DNA of 64,000 nucleotides from an uncultured delta proteobacterium (GTDB lineage Bacteria; Desulfobacterota; Syntrophia; Syntrophales; Smithellaceae): NCBI GenBank assembly GCA_963753975.1, contig CAVWEH010000002.1, positions 544,001 to 608,000 of the forward strand, read 5' to 3'. Shown piece by piece: positions 63,783 to 64,000 of this stretch (position 1 is its first letter; each line of letters starts with the position of its first letter). The notes under the pieces were generated by a model. It saw only the letters and a program-made list of their open reading frames with translations, ran no database searches and was not told where the DNA came from. The position numbers and the translations under genes were made by a program.

Positions 63783-63814
63783 CAAATGATAAATAATAAT
63801 ATTGCCCTGTCTAT

Positions 63815-64000
63815 ATGAATGACCTAATCATTACTGAAGCCCTAAAAGAAGATTTGCCCGTCATTCTTGATATACAAAGAAAAGCATTTCTGGAGGTGGC
63901 TAAAACCTTCCATCTAAAATCCATGCCGCAGATAGAACAAACGCTGGAAAGCTTGAAAGCTGAATTTAAAAATCACACCATCTTGAAGGCTTCCCTCGCC
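63815..64000 (+). CDS. GNAT-family acetyltransferase, 5' part (runs off the window)
   Basis: MNDLIITEALKEDLPVILDIQRKAF...QTLESLKAEF is a typical GNAT N-terminus. Confidence 0.65.
   Translation, partial: MNDLIITEALKEDLPVILDIQRKAFLEVAKTFHLKSMPQIEQTLESLKAEFKNHTILKASLA

Overview
Mostly housekeeping chromosome of an anaerobic deltaproteobacterium; a Syntrophales/Smithella-like origin is inferred from gene content. It carries tRNA-Met (3' part), tRNA-Pro, rph-rdgB, relA/spoT, proS, ispG, psd-pssA-rsmD-coaD, an EF-G2 paralog, ligA, nfeD-SPFH, udg-coaBC, the kdsA-kdsC-lptCAB-rpoN-hpf-ptsN-hprK-rapZ cluster, xerD and rpiB. Two things stand out. (1) A ~10 kb accessory island (~16.4-26.4 kb) sits where an aspartate aminotransferase gene is truncated. 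It encodes a 2502-aa RTX protein with an N-terminal GH108 muramidase, an FrpC-like self-processing module that has Cys-Pro instead of Asp-Pro, and six identical 690-bp repeats. Directly upstream are an LprI lysozyme-inhibitor gene and a second, orphan immunity-like gene followed by a short toxin-like stub. This is a candidate T1SS-delivered polymorphic peptidoglycan toxin/immunity system. (2) A family of 54-bp hairpin units with fixed geometry, covarying stems and GNA mini-loops occurs 11 times at six loci between 35.4 and 62.7 kb, arranged as ordered mosaics in which intact neighbours share a TA. It looks like an unannotated REP/BIME-like ssDNA element. Five genes carry +1 homopolymer frameshifts, probably assembly errors. 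All calls are from reading motifs; no database searches were run.
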